Assembly: GCA_040218735.1 (NCBI GenBank)
Contig: JAVJQW010000017.1
Span: 192,001 to 256,000, forward strand
Reading direction: 5' to 3'
Source: Deltaproteobacteria bacterium
GTDB taxonomy: Bacteria > Myxococcota > Kuafuiibacteriia > Kuafuiibacteriales > Kuafuiibacteriaceae
DNA length: 64,000 bases
Part shown: one piece after another, positions 10,206-20,746 of the stretch
Layout of the letters: every line of letters starts with the position of its first letter
Position numbering within the stretch: the stretch's first letter is position 1
Translations under genes and position numbers: made by a program
The notes under the pieces: generated by a model
What the model was told of the DNA's origin: nothing
Seen by the model: only the letters and a program-made list of their open reading frames with translations
The model's database searches: none

Positions 10206-12032
10206 GTGCTGACCCTCTCGATCGAACGCGACGTCGCCGAGCGCTTCCCCATCCCCGATGAGCGCGCCGAGCCGGTGTTCGAACGTTGGCGCCGCGCCGT
10301 CGATTTGGTCGTCCGCTCCGACGGCCCCGCGCACCCCGAAGGCGTCGATGGGAGCGCGCTCGCCGTGCGGCGCGAACGACTCGAGACGACGTTTCGCCGC
10401 GACGATCTGCTGACGCCCGTACCGCGCGAGCTCATCGAGGCCGGCTACTCCGCGATCATCGCGGACGCCGACGGCTACATCATCGACGAGGCCACCAGCG
10501 ATCTCTTCGCCGGGACCGCGACACACGTTCGCCTGGTCCGCGGCGCGCGGTGGAGTGAAGCGACGCGCGGCACCAACGCGATCGGCACCGCGATCACCGA
10601 GGCCCAACCGATCGCCGTCGTCGGCGACGCGCACTACGAACGTCAAAACCGATCGCTCGTCTGTTACGCCGCACCGATCCGCGATCCGCGCGGGCGCGTG
10701 GTCGCCGTCTTCGATGTCACGTCACGCGTCGAGAACGCGAGCCCGTTGGTCGGTCCGCTCGTCACCGCGATCGCCGGCGCGCTGGAGCGCTCGCTCCACG
10801 AGGCGGCGTTCGCGCGGGCGGCGCCGGGCGGCCTCGCGACGTTGGAGCGCCTCGTGGAGATGGCGCCGGGGCGGGCGTGGCTCGTCGGCGCGGACGGACG
10901 TGTGCGGGCCGCGAACAGCGGGCGGTTCGGTGGGACCTTCGAGCTCGGTTGGTCGGAGCTGGAGCGCGCGATGTCGACGGACGGCGCTGCGATCCTCCCG
11001 AGCACCGACGAACGACTCGAGCTGCAGCCGGTGCCCGGCACGGACGGTGAGCCGATCGCGGTCGTCTGCTTCTCGCGTGGCGCGGCGCGACCGCGGGCTC
11101 GTTCGGTGCACCCGGCGTTCGACACGATCGCGGGGACCGACCCGGCGCTCGTCGACGCGCGCGCGCTCGCTTCACGGTTCGCGAGCTCGAACCTCCCGGT
11201 GATGCTCTTGGCCGAGACCGGCTCTGGCAAAGAGCTGTTCGCGCGTGCGCTCCACGCCGCGAGCTCACGCGCCGACGGGCCGTTCGTCGCGGTGAACTGC
11301 GGCGCGCTCGCGTCCTCGCTCTTGGAGTCGGAGCTGTTCGGTCACGCGCCGGGGGCATTCACGGGCGCGTCCGCGAAGGGCCGCGACGGAATGATCGGCG
11401 CCGCCTCGGGCGGGACGCTGTTCCTCGACGAGGTCGCGGAGATGTCGCCCGAGCTGCAAGCCTCCCTGCTCCGCGTCCTCGAGGACGGGTCGTACCGTCG
11501 CCTCGGCGAGACGTCGGTGCGCCACACGGACGTCCGGATCGTCACCGCGACGTGCCGAGATCTCCCTGCGATGGTGGAGTCCGGCGCGTTTCGCAACGAC
11601 CTGTACTACCGGCTGCGCGGGACGACGATTCGGCTCCCCTCCGTGCGCGCGCGGACGGATCGCATCGAGCTCGCGCGACACCTCCTCGAACGCCTCGCGC
11701 TCGAAGCGGGCCGTCCGGTGCCGCGGCTCGGTGAGAGCGCGCGCGAGAAGATCGAGGCCCACGATTGGCCGGGGAACGTGCGCGAGCTGAAGATGGCCTT
11801 GGCGCACGCGCTGGTCCTCGCGGACGACGTCATGGAAGCGGAGCACCTCCCGGACGACGCCCCCGTCACGCAGGCCCCCGTGTCTCACGCACCGCCGTCC
11901 CGGAGCGACGCGGAGCGCGAAGCGTTGGCTCGCGCGCTGGCTCAGGCGGACGGCAACCTGAGCGAAGCCGCTCGGATCCTCGGCGTGGCGCGAACGACGC
12001 TGTACCGCATGAAGCGGCGGCACCGACTCTGA
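10206..12032 (+). CDS. AcoR-like sigma54-dependent activator (GAF + AAA+ + Fis HTH)
   Basis: [57 protein letters not shown]. Confidence 0.93.
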   Translation: MLTLSIERDVAERFPIPDERAEPVFERWRRAVDLVVRSDGPAHPEGVDGSALAVRRERLETTFRRDDLLTPVPRELIEAGYSAIIADADGYIIDEATSDLFAGTATHVRLVRGARWSEATRGTNAIGTAITEAQPIAVVGDAHYERQNRSLVCYAAPIRDPRGRVVAVFDVTSRVENASPLVGPLVTAIAGALERSLHEAAFARAAPGGLATLERLVEMAPGRAWLVGADGRVRAANSGRFGGTFELGWSELERAMSTDGAAILPSTDERLELQPVPGTDGEPIAVVCFSRGAARPRARSVHPAFDTIAGTDPALVDARALASRFASSNLPVMLLAETGSGKELFARALHAASSRADGPFVAVNCGALASSLLESELFGHAPGAFTGASAKGRDGMIGAASGGTLFLDEVAEMSPELQASLLRVLEDGSYRRLGETSVRHTDVRIVTATCRDLPAMVESGAFRNDLYYRLRGTTIRLPSVRARTDRIELARHLLERLALEAGRPVPRLGESAREKIEAHDWPGNVRELKMALAHALVLADDVMEAEHLPDDAPVTQAPVSHAPPSRSDAEREALARALAQADGNLSEAARILGVARTTLYRMKRRHRL

Positions 12033-12035
12033 CGT

Positions 12036-13181
12036 TCAACCCGCGCGTCGGGTCGCGGGACGATTCGGCGTCAGCTCGACGACCTGCGTGGTCTGGAAGA
12101 CGTAGCGCTCGATGTACTGGAGGATGTCCGCCTGCACGGCCTCCGGGAGCAACAGGATCACGACCGGCGCGTGGCTCGCGATGATCTCCCAGAAGATGAT
12201 CGCCTCCAGGTAGCCGTCCTCGATCGCGTCGAGCAGGAGCCCCTCGCTCACGCCGAGCTCTTCCTCGTGCGCGCGGCGAACCGCGATCGACGCGGCCTGG
12301 TTGATCAGGCACTCGCGGTGCATCTGAAGGCGCAGCGGATCCTCGTCGACCGGAGAGCGTCCGCGGCACTCGTCTTCGTACGCCCAACACGCCATACACG
12401 CCGCGAGCGCGAGCCAGCGGAGCCCTTCGTCCTTGTCGAAGCGCATCTCCACGCGTCGGTGCGCGACGCGCTGGATCTTCACGGGCGGCGCGAGCCTCCC
12501 GTCGCGAACCCGGAGGCTCAGCTTCGCAAGCGCGGCCTGGAGGCGTTCGAGCACCGCGGGGTTGTCGCGGTTGATCATGAACGCTCGCGTGAGCACCGAC
12601 TTCGAACGACCGTAGTCGCCGAGCTGGTAGTACGTGTCGCCGAGGAACAGGAGCGCCTGGTAGTCGATCGGGTTGATCGACAGCGCCTTCTCGAACGCCA
12701 CCTCCGCGCGCCGGTAGTCACCGAGCTGGTACAGCGAGTTGCCGAGGTACGTGTACGCCTTGAAGTACTCCGGCGCGAGCTCCACTGCGCGCGCGTAGAT
12801 CGTTCGCGCCGCTTCGAAGTCACGCGCCTCGCACGCGCTCGTGCCCGCGTCGAAGAGCGCTTCCACCTCCGGCCCCGGGCGACTCGACTCGAGGTGCGGC
12901 CGTCCGTCGGGGCGACGCTTCACTTCGACGAACGGATCCATCGGCCCCGTGTTCTTCGACGGGCGCGACATCAACGCTGGGACCTCCTGCCGGGCGACAG
13001 GCATGTCCGAGATGGGCACGTACTCGATGCCGCTCGCGGCGAGGATCGCAGCGATCTGGTCCGGCCTGAACAGCCCCGACGTCTCGTCCGTGTTGGTGTC
13101 GAGCGGCGGCGGCGCAGGGGTGCTGCTCGCGCAGGCCGTCAGTCCGACCGCGAGCACCACCGCTGGAATGCACCGAATCAC
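12036..13181 (-). CDS. TPR-repeat lipoprotein
   Basis: Lipobox GLTAC; TPR-like repeats AYTYLGNSLYQLGDY and ALLFLGDTYYQLGDY. Start GTG 13181 (or TTG 13184). Confidence 0.8.
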   Translation of the reverse strand: MIRCIPAVVLAVGLTACASSTPAPPPLDTNTDETSGLFRPDQIAAILAASGIEYVPISDMPVARQEVPALMSRPSKNTGPMDPFVEVKRRPDGRPHLESSRPGPEVEALFDAGTSACEARDFEAARTIYARAVELAPEYFKAYTYLGNSLYQLGDYRRAEVAFEKALSINPIDYQALLFLGDTYYQLGDYGRSKSVLTRAFMINRDNPAVLERLQAALAKLSLRVRDGRLAPPVKIQRVAHRRVEMRFDKDEGLRWLALAACMACWAYEDECRGRSPVDEDPLRLQMHRECLINQAASIAVRRAHEEELGVSEGLLLDAIEDGYLEAIIFWEIIASHAPVVILLLPEAVQADILQYIERYVFQTTQVVELTPNRPATRRAG

Positions 13182-13258
13182 CAAAAATAGCGTAGCACGC
13201 GCCTGAAAATACCCGTCGGCCGCGCAACAAGATCGGCGCGCGTGCCGAAAACCTCGAT

Positions 13259-14383
13259 GTGATCAAGCTCTCCCCTTCGGCGATGACGTGGTGGCCGGAC
13301 CTCGTCGACCACGTGCTCCCGGACTCCGTGCGCGCCGGAGACGCGTTCGATGTGCTGTCGGGACGCTTCGCGATCCAGACGTGGGCGCAGCTGAATCCGC
13401 TCGTGGAGGTCGGCGACGCGATCGGCGTGCGCCGCGCGCGCGATCAGGACCTCACGTCGTCCGGCCTCGGATTCGAGATGATGATCTCCCACCAAGGTGA
13501 CTTCTCGAACGCGCTCGTTCACCTCCCCGCCGCCGACGACCCGGTGTGGCAGACGGGCAAGCTCCCGGTGGTCATCGACGCACACGGGTTCTCCGACGCC
13601 CCCCGCGCGCACTCGAAGCGCTCCAAGATCTCGCAGGCCGCCGTCGAGGGTGGTGCCGTCGCCGTCGCGCTCGGCGGGAGCCGCCACCTGGAGGGCGCGC
13701 CGATCCTCCTCGTCCGCTCGCACGACGGCATGGACAGCCAGCCCGGCAAACCGATGAAGCCGACGGACGGTCCGGAGCAGATCCGGTTCGTGCTGTCCGA
13801 GCTCGAAGCCAAGGTGAACGACTTCGCCGCGCGGAACGGGTTGCCGTCCGTGAAGCTCGACGTCGACGAAGCGGTCATCGACGGCTTCTCCAACGGCGGC
13901 GCGCTCACGGCGATCGCCGTCGCGAGCGGCGCCGCGAAACACGGCGTCTCGTTCTCGGGCCCCACCAGCCCGCAGATCCGCGACCTCGTCCCGCCCGGCC
14001 CGGTGAACATGATCTTCGTCGCGGGTGAAAACGATCCGCTCGTCCCGCCGCAGGGACGCACCGGCCCGATGCAGGCCGACTTCCTGGCGCCGGCCGAGGC
14101 CGCGCAGATCTTCGCCGACCACAACGGCACGGGCCCGCTGAGCGGCGACGACCTCCCGCCGTTCCTGGCGAAGCTCGTCCAGCCGGGCGTCACGGTGACG
14201 GCGACCGGCGATCGCGAGAAGGGCCTCGTCGCGTACGTTCACGTCGAAGGCATGGGCCACGCGGTCCCAGGCTCCGACCCGATGATCTCGAAGGACGTCG
14301 ACCCGCGGATGCGACTGCACTCGTCGGACAAGTTCTCCGGTGCCGAGCTCGTTCAGGACTTCGCGAGCTGGGTGCGAAGCTAA
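13259..14383 (+). CDS. Esterase of PHB-depolymerase/LpqC-like alpha/beta hydrolase type, no signal peptide
   Basis: DAHG, GFSNGG nucleophile motif, GENDPLVP, GMGHAVPG. Confidence 0.7.
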   Translation: MIKLSPSAMTWWPDLVDHVLPDSVRAGDAFDVLSGRFAIQTWAQLNPLVEVGDAIGVRRARDQDLTSSGLGFEMMISHQGDFSNALVHLPAADDPVWQTGKLPVVIDAHGFSDAPRAHSKRSKISQAAVEGGAVAVALGGSRHLEGAPILLVRSHDGMDSQPGKPMKPTDGPEQIRFVLSELEAKVNDFAARNGLPSVKLDVDEAVIDGFSNGGALTAIAVASGAAKHGVSFSGPTSPQIRDLVPPGPVNMIFVAGENDPLVPPQGRTGPMQADFLAPAEAAQIFADHNGTGPLSGDDLPPFLAKLVQPGVTVTATGDREKGLVAYVHVEGMGHAVPGSDPMISKDVDPRMRLHSSDKFSGAELVQDFASWVRS

Positions 14384-15258
14384 GCCGCCGACACGAGCTT
14401 CGGCGTCGCTGCGCCGAGGAACTGGTCCGGATCCTCGATCAACTTCTGCAGCCCCTCCAACGCGATCGCGCAGGTGAGCCCGTCCTCGACGCGCTCGTCG
14501 AACGCGTACTTCACTTCGACGATCTTGCGGACCTCGGTGCCCTCGTCGGTCGGCACGACGCGATCCTGCACGCGCCCGATGGTCGCGAAGAACGGACAGT
14601 TCCCCCACTCGTAGAGGTGATGGTACGCGGCGTCGAGGCCGACGCTCCCGAGGTTCGCGACGAACAGCGAGCAGAACATCCCGTCCGGATCCACGAGCGC
14701 ACCCGGCAACCAGCGACGACGCTGAAGCCACATCGCGAAGCGCGCGAAGAGGTTCACCAAGAACCCCGGCACCATCAGGAACAGGTCGTACTCCTTCTCG
14801 GCCGTCGTCTTCTCGCTGCGCCCCTTGTCGACCATCGCGACCACGCGGTCGTGCACGCGGATCGGATCGTCGTCCGGCTCCATCGGCACCTTGAGGAGCA
14901 CCACCTTCGCGTCGGCGGTCATCGCCTTCTTCACCGAGATCGTCAGGTGCACGCCGTCGCGCTGGTACATCCGGTACCCCGCGACGTAGCGATTCAGGTT
15001 CGGATTCGCGTGCAGGAGGCGCCCGGCCGCCGCGAGGTACACGTGCAAGAGCGTGAGGTGCTTGCCGGTCTGTTCGCGCTGACGTTCGAGCCACGCGCGC
15101 GTCTTCGTGAGATCCAGGGTCTGCGTGAAGTACACCGCCGCGCCGTTCCGGTCGGGCGAGATGTGCAGGTACATCCGGCGGTAGGGGGCGACGAGCTTCG
15201 TGACGTCTTGGTCTTTCGCGTACATCGGTTCTTCGTCCTTCTCTTCAGTGGATTTCAC
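14380..15258 (-). CDS. 2-oxoacid dehydrogenase E2 catalytic-domain-like acyltransferase
   Basis: NLGSVG, YHHLYEWG, FDERVEDG. Alternative start ATG 15225. Confidence 0.8.
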   Translation of the reverse strand: MKSTEEKDEEPMYAKDQDVTKLVAPYRRMYLHISPDRNGAAVYFTQTLDLTKTRAWLERQREQTGKHLTLLHVYLAAAGRLLHANPNLNRYVAGYRMYQRDGVHLTISVKKAMTADAKVVLLKVPMEPDDDPIRVHDRVVAMVDKGRSEKTTAEKEYDLFLMVPGFLVNLFARFAMWLQRRRWLPGALVDPDGMFCSLFVANLGSVGLDAAYHHLYEWGNCPFFATIGRVQDRVVPTDEGTEVRKIVEVKYAFDERVEDGLTCAIALEGLQKLIEDPDQFLGAATPKLVSAA

Positions 15259-16381
15259 TCTTGCGCCAACGACGCAGCGATCGCCGAAAGCTCTCCGCGC
15301 TCGCGAAGCCGAGCATCTCGGCGGCGCGTTCGGCCGGGACCCCTTCCCGGAGCAGCCGCTCGGCGCTCTGCTGGCGGAGGCCGTCGACGACCTTCGAGAA
15401 CGTGGTGCCCTCGTCGCTCAGTCGCCGCTGCAGAGTGCGCGGCGTGATCGCGAGGTGCTCCGCGACGCGCTCGAGCACCCGGCCGGCGACGCGGCTGCGC
15501 CGCGCCCCCTGGGCACCTCGCTCGCTTCCTCCCTCACGCGAGGGCGCGAGCTCGAGCACCCGGCCGGCGACGCGGCTGCGCCGCGCCCCCTGGGCACCTC
15601 GCTCGCTTCCTCCCTCACGCGAGGGCGCGAGCTCGAGCTCCAGGTCGTCGTATCCGAGCTGCTGCTCCACGACGTGACAGACCGTCGCCACGAACGACGA
15701 CGACTCGGGGCTGCGCTCCGCCGCCTGCTGCGCGAGGAACTCGTGCACGACCGGGTCCGACGACGTCAGCGCGAGCGCGGAACCCTCCGCACCGAGCGCG
15801 AAGCCGCAGCTGTCGGCGCCGTAGGTGATCGGACACAAAAAGTAGTCGTCGAGGCGCGCCGCGTCGCTCGGCGCTTCGTGTGCGAACCACACGCGCTCCA
15901 ACTCGATGGGGGCCGCGGCGACCAATCGAATCGCGCGCACCACGAACGCGATCGAAAACTCGTTCTGCAGCGCGCCCAGCCCCGAGCTCGATCCGAGGAC
16001 GAGGTACCGGAGCTCGACGCCCGCATCGACGTCCGACACCTCGAAGCGCCCGACGGGGTTGATCTGCCCGCCGTACCGCGCGAGCGCACGCAGCGCCTCC
16101 GCGACGGTCGGCGCGGTGCGCGCGAGGAGCTCGACGAGGCCGTACGTCCCCTCCGGGATCGCCTCCGCGAGCGTGAGGCCGAACGACGGATCCTTCCGGC
16201 GAACCGCCACGTCCTGGATCAACCCGCGCACCGACGACAGCGGCACCGTGCAGGAGCCCATCGCCGCGCTCTCGGGGAGGTGGTGCTTCGCGAGCAGCGC
16301 GGCGCGCTCGTCCGCGTTGGCGTTCGACAGCGACAGCAGCACCGGCGTGAGTCGGAACGTGAAGAGCGGGTCGCTTTTCAT
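15245..16381 (-). CDS. AraC-family regulator with 54-aa in-frame insertion in the HTH region
   Basis: RTAPTVAEAL..LARY, V.FAH; HTH LAITPRTLQRRL..EGTTF...LGFASAESFRR. Start ATG 16381. Confidence 0.88.
   Translation of the reverse strand: MKSDPLFTFRLTPVLLSLSNANADERAALLAKHHLPESAAMGSCTVPLSSVRGLIQDVAVRRKDPSFGLTLAEAIPEGTYGLVELLARTAPTVAEALRALARYGGQINPVGRFEVSDVDAGVELRYLVLGSSSGLGALQNEFSIAFVVRAIRLVAAAPIELERVWFAHEAPSDAARLDDYFLCPITYGADSCGFALGAEGSALALTSSDPVVHEFLAQQAAERSPESSSFVATVCHVVEQQLGYDDLELELAPSREGGSERGAQGARRSRVAGRVLELAPSREGGSERGAQGARRSRVAGRVLERVAEHLAITPRTLQRRLSDEGTTFSKVVDGLRQQSAERLLREGVPAERAAEMLGFASAESFRRSLRRWRKSEIH
15469..15638. repeat. Two exact tandem 81-bp palindromic units bounded by GCTCGAGC
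   Basis: Unit 1 15469-15549, unit 2 15550-15630, closing GCTCGAGC 15631-15638; encodes ELAPSREGGSERGAQGARRSRVAGRVL twice. Confidence 0.95.
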
Positions 16382-16412
16382 CGCGCCCGGACCGTGCCAC
16401 GCGAAGGCCAGG

Positions 16413-17633
16413 TCATCCAGCGCGCAGCGCGGGGGCATCGGCCTCCTCCTTCAGACCCGCGAGCTCGGCGAGCAGGTGCTGGGCGACGTCGGTCGAGCGA
16501 ACGAGCTGCTCGGGGTCGACGTTTTCGACGGTGTCGCTCGGGTGGTGGTAGCCGCGCGGCGCGTGCTGCTCGGGGTCGATGCAGGTCAACGCGATCGCGC
16601 GATAGCCGTACGCGAGGAACGGGAGCGCGTCCGTGCCCCCCGCGGGGACGACGTACTTCGGCACGGCCGGCTGTCCGGCGTTGGCGGCCGCGGCGTCGAC
16701 GGCGGCGACCAGCGAGGCGGGCCGCTCGATGCGGTACAGCTCGCCCTCCTCCAGCGCGAACAGGTCACCGTTGCTGAGGGTGTCGAGGATGATGATCTCG
16801 GTGTCGTCGCGCGACCACTCGCCCTGCATCGCCTTCACCAGCGCGTAGGCGCCACCGGTGCCGGCCTCCTCCGCGCCCGTGAATCCGAAGACAACCTCCA
16901 CGTCGTCCGCGGCGCGCTGCGCCCACGCCTCCGCGAGCACGACCTGGGCCGCGCAGCCGGTGAGGTTGTCCGCCGCCCCCGGGACGACTTCGTTCTGCAA
17001 GACGACTTGCGCATTGACTAGGAACACGAGCACCGCGGGGATCAACAGCACGTAGCCCGGCCAGCGCGGGAGCTCGAAGAGCACGGACGCGACTTCGAAC
17101 GCCGCCGCCAGGACGACGCCGACCAGCGGCAACGCGAGCTGCTTCTGCAGGAACGGGAGGAACGACGGGGGCGGCGCGGCCATCACCTTCAAGACCTCGG
17201 GACGGAAGAGGAAGCCGGTGTACGCGGAGTCGACGTGGGCGAGGAACACGAGGCGACGGCGCATGGGGCCCTTCGCCGGGCGCGTCGCGAGGAGGTTCTG
17301 GCTGGAGACCTTGGGCCAGAGGTGCCTGAGGATCAGGCCGCGGCGTGTCGCCTCCGAGAAGAAGCTCACCGCGACCAGCACGTGGCCCGCGGCGGCGAGG
17401 TAGGCCCATGGGAGGGCGGCGAAGGCGAGCGCCAACCCGAAGTGCAGCGCGAGGCTCCCGTAGATGTGGCGGGGGTAGCGGAACGCGTGCCACGAGACGT
17501 CGTAGCCGGCCTTCTCGAGGCGCGCTGCGATGGCGTCCTGCGCGGCGCGCTCGTCCGGAGTGCCCGTGAGGCGCGTGCGGGCGATCCCGCCCAGCCAGCG
17601 GAGGGTGGAGACGACGTCGTCGGAGGCGCGCAT
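16413..17633 (-). CDS. M28-family membrane peptidase
   Basis: LAHVDS, GAADNLTG, GAEEAG..GA, GGTDA, YHHPSDT; several TM helices. Start ATG 17633. Confidence 0.85.
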   Translation of the reverse strand: MRASDDVVSTLRWLGGIARTRLTGTPDERAAQDAIAARLEKAGYDVSWHAFRYPRHIYGSLALHFGLALAFAALPWAYLAAAGHVLVAVSFFSEATRRGLILRHLWPKVSSQNLLATRPAKGPMRRRLVFLAHVDSAYTGFLFRPEVLKVMAAPPPSFLPFLQKQLALPLVGVVLAAAFEVASVLFELPRWPGYVLLIPAVLVFLVNAQVVLQNEVVPGAADNLTGCAAQVVLAEAWAQRAADDVEVVFGFTGAEEAGTGGAYALVKAMQGEWSRDDTEIIILDTLSNGDLFALEEGELYRIERPASLVAAVDAAAANAGQPAVPKYVVPAGGTDALPFLAYGYRAIALTCIDPEQHAPRGYHHPSDTVENVDPEQLVRSTDVAQHLLAELAGLKEEADAPALRAG

Positions 17634-17706
17634 GTACCGAGGGTGGGATAGCCGCCCACGCCCCGCCCAGAACCGCAGGCGACAAATCGGGGAGCCGACG
17701 CGCCAC

Positions 17707-17788
17707 TTGCGACTCCTGCAACTCGGGGCGCCGCGCGGGTTCACTTGCGGGTGGGTGCAAGAGATCCGGTGTCGGCATGGCCTTTGCT
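17707..17788 (+). promoter_or_regulatory. Double TTGC-N7/8-GCAA sites + sigma54 -24/-12 element
   Basis: TTGCGACTCCTGCAA (17707-17721), TTGCGGGTGGGTGCAA (17745-17760), CGGCATGGCCTTTGCT (17773-17788). Near-identical cassette at 23928-24009. Confidence 0.75.
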
Positions 17789-17800
17789 CAGCAGCCACCG

Positions 17801-20746
17801 GTGAGCCGGATCAATCGACGCGAGTTCAGGACCCTCTCCGACCACAACGGTCGGCTGAACATCAACCGGATGCCTCCGCGGTTGATGCGGTCGCTCGAGT
17901 CGCACGGCGTCAGCCGCGCCGAGCTCTCCCGAATCGCCGGCGACGACCACGTCATCTCTGGGCCGGAGTTCAACGCGCTCTTCGACGCGCTGACGGCGCG
18001 CGCAGAACGCGGGGGCAGCGGCAACGACCGCGGCGTGAGCGAAGACCTCTTCAGCTCCCTCGCGTCCCGCATCGAACGGGACGGCGCGACCGAGCGAACG
18101 TCGGACTCGACCCGCTCCACCGTCGGCATCGGCGGGCGCGTGTCGGCGCGTCCCGGGACGGTCGAGACCGACGACGGCACGGCCAACCTGGACGAAGCCG
18201 CCGACCTCGAAGGCCGCACCGACGGCCAGCAGGCGTGTTGGTTCGTCGCGATGCTCCAGTGCATCGCCGAGTTCTTCGTCGAGACGATCGGCGGCGGCGA
18301 CTACATCCGCACCGCCGAGCGCGACGAGGCGCTGGGACGCGAGCTCGGTCGAAACCACGGTGAGTCGCTCCGCGCGATCCTCGACGAGCCGGGCGGCGAA
18401 GACGCCATCCGCGCCCAACTCCAGTCGCAGCGCCCGGAGGGCACCAGCGAGAACGACTGGAACCAGACCGTGAACCAGGTGATGCGCGGCATCCGCGCCG
18501 AGATCGCGAGCGGGCCCGATCTCCCCGACGACGTGGCGCCGTCCGCCGACCTCCTCGTCCGCGACCGCGCCGCCGTGCTCTACGCCGCGAACGACGACGC
18601 CGCCGCGCGCGCGGAGCTCGGCGCGACCGTCGAAGCGCTCGCGCAGAGCGGGCTGTCGACCGAGACGCAGCTCGCCTTGCTGAACCAGTGGGAGTCCGCC
18701 GGGCGTCCCGCCGAGTTCCGCCAGCAGCTCGAAGGTGTGACGCAGGCGCTGGCCGGGCGGAGCGAAGCCGTGCAGACCGCCGCGCGCGAGCAGCTCGACG
18801 CCCACCCCGAGCGCTTCGGTCGGCTCAGCGGTTTGATCCGATCGACCGGGTTCGGGAGCGACCGCATCTCGGACGACGCGCGCATCGCCGCGCTCCGCAC
18901 CACGGGCACGGACACCGCGGAAGCGGTCGCGAACCTCGACCGCCTCGTCGCCGCGGACGGCTTCGAGCGCGTCTCCCCCGAGGTCCAGACCCGCTACGTG
19001 AACATGATGCTCGACGAGTCGGTCGACGCCCGCGAGAAGACGCGCTCGCTTCAGCTCCTCGACGGCGCGCAGACCGGCGACATGGCCGGCATCAACAACG
19101 TGCTCTTCGGCGACGCGACGCTCCAGGCGGGATCGCAGGGCGACGAGGTTCGCCTCGTGCAACGCTACTTGCGCGGCCTCGGCTACGACGGCGTGCTCGG
19201 CATGACCGAGGGCAACACGTTCGACGCGGGGACGACGCGAGCCGTGGAGGCGTTCCAACGCCGCGCCGGCCTCCTCGACGGCAACCCGCCGGCCGCCACC
19301 GCTGGCGTCGTGAACCAGGCGACGATGCGCGCGATGGTGCACGCGCTCCACGCACGCGGGATGGACGCGAACGCCTTCCGCTTCACGACGGACCTGAGCC
19401 TCAACCGCCCCACGCGCGCGACCGACGGTCCGTGGCGCGCGACGCAGCGGTGGACGCCCGCGCTCCAGCAGGAGTTCGAGCAGTTCGCGGACGCGTACGT
19501 GAAGGCGCGCATCCCGCGGCACCCGAACGGACAGGCGCGGCTCCCCGAGTGGGGTGAGCGCGTCGACTGCGCGGACCTCTCGTACGAGGCGTTGATCCAG
19601 TTCGCGCGTCAGCGCGGCCTCCCGATCTCCCTGAGCAACGGCCAGACGACGTTCACGCACCGCAGCCGCGGACCGATCGTCGGACGCGTGCAGAGCGCGA
19701 TGGGCGCGATGCACCTTCGCCAGAACACACGCCCGCTCGGCGAGGGTGAGCTCCCGCGCCCCGGCGACCTCGGCAACATGGACTGGGACCAGAGCGTCGG
19801 CGACGGGCACGACAGCCGCTACTGGCACTCCCACAACATCGTCGACTTCGACCCGCTCTTCCACGAGGCGACGGTCGTCTACGGCAGCCTCGACGACCTC
19901 GTGAAGGAGAGCGCGCTCCAGCGCTTCAACGGGACCGACTACAACCTGACGATCCACGACATCCGCGAACGCGAGATCATCGACGCGATCAACGACGACA
20001 GCGGGCAGAACCGCCAGCAGCCGCGCGCGGAGCAGGAGCGCCGCGTGCGCGAGCTGTTGGAAGGGCACCGCACGGACGCGAGCCGACCCGTCTCGGACGC
20101 CGACGTGAACCGGTTCATCACGATGGTCTCGAACGACGCGAACCTGCACCGCAACGCGCCGACCGCCGTCTCCACGCGCGACGACGCGTTCACGAGCCTG
20201 GTGGAGGGCGGGCGGACCTGGGCCGACCCCACCGCGCGGGCCGCCGCGGTCGCGGACCTGAACCAGCGCTTCGGTGCGCGCTTCACGGAGGCCGACATCG
20301 ATCGCCTCGTCACGGTCTCGAACAGCCGACCGCCGCGCGGCATGACGCGACGGCAAGCGGTGACGCAGGAAGCGGCGCGCCTCGTCGCAGCGCGTGTCCC
20401 CGAGGGCCGTCGCGAGGGCGCGGCCGACGCGCTCCTCGCATCGACGCGGGGCGCGGTGCGCTACCACGCGGTGCGCGACGCCGTGTCGGACCCGGGGCTC
20501 AGGAACACGGCACGCGCCGACTTCAACCGCACCTTCGGCGCGCGCGTGACGGACCGCGACATGGTATCGATCCTTCGGGCCGGTGACGGGAGTGCACGAC
20601 GAGTGGCGGAGGGCATCGTGGCGCGACGTGGCGTCCCGGCCGAGCGCCAGGCCGAGGCCGCGCAGGCGCTCCTCGACGCCGTCGATGGCTCGCGCCGGTT
20701 CCGGAGGTGGGATTTCGATGCGTTCAACGCCGCTCGCGGCCATTAG
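17801..20746 (+). CDS. Large protein with peptidoglycan-binding domain and putative Cys/His (NlpC/P60-like) catalytic domain
   Basis: PG-binding-like LQAGSQGDEVRLVQRYL..LGY...FDAGTTRAVEAFQR..GL...GVV..ATMRAM; VDCADL, PGDL, WHSH. The ORF-track ATG 17777 lies inside the sigma54 element, so GTG 17801 is preferred. Confidence 0.75.
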   Translation: MSRINRREFRTLSDHNGRLNINRMPPRLMRSLESHGVSRAELSRIAGDDHVISGPEFNALFDALTARAERGGSGNDRGVSEDLFSSLASRIERDGATERTSDSTRSTVGIGGRVSARPGTVETDDGTANLDEAADLEGRTDGQQACWFVAMLQCIAEFFVETIGGGDYIRTAERDEALGRELGRNHGESLRAILDEPGGEDAIRAQLQSQRPEGTSENDWNQTVNQVMRGIRAEIASGPDLPDDVAPSADLLVRDRAAVLYAANDDAAARAELGATVEALAQSGLSTETQLALLNQWESAGRPAEFRQQLEGVTQALAGRSEAVQTAAREQLDAHPERFGRLSGLIRSTGFGSDRISDDARIAALRTTGTDTAEAVANLDRLVAADGFERVSPEVQTRYVNMMLDESVDAREKTRSLQLLDGAQTGDMAGINNVLFGDATLQAGSQGDEVRLVQRYLRGLGYDGVLGMTEGNTFDAGTTRAVEAFQRRAGLLDGNPPAATAGVVNQATMRAMVHALHARGMDANAFRFTTDLSLNRPTRATDGPWRATQRWTPALQQEFEQFADAYVKARIPRHPNGQARLPEWGERVDCADLSYEALIQFARQRGLPISLSNGQTTFTHRSRGPIVGRVQSAMGAMHLRQNTRPLGEGELPRPGDLGNMDWDQSVGDGHDSRYWHSHNIVDFDPLFHEATVVYGSLDDLVKESALQRFNGTDYNLTIHDIREREIIDAINDDSGQNRQQPRAEQERRVRELLEGHRTDASRPVSDADVNRFITMVSNDANLHRNAPTAVSTRDDAFTSLVEGGRTWADPTARAAAVADLNQRFGARFTEADIDRLVTVSNSRPPRGMTRRQAVTQEAARLVAARVPEGRREGAADALLASTRGAVRYHAVRDAVSDPGLRNTARADFNRTFGARVTDRDMVSILRAGDGSARRVAEGIVARRGVPAERQAEAAQALLDAVDGSRRFRRWDFDAFNAARGH

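Noticed and set aside
15469-15638. CRISPR array
   Set aside because: Units are contiguous and identical with no unique spacers, lie inside a CDS, and no cas genes are in the window.
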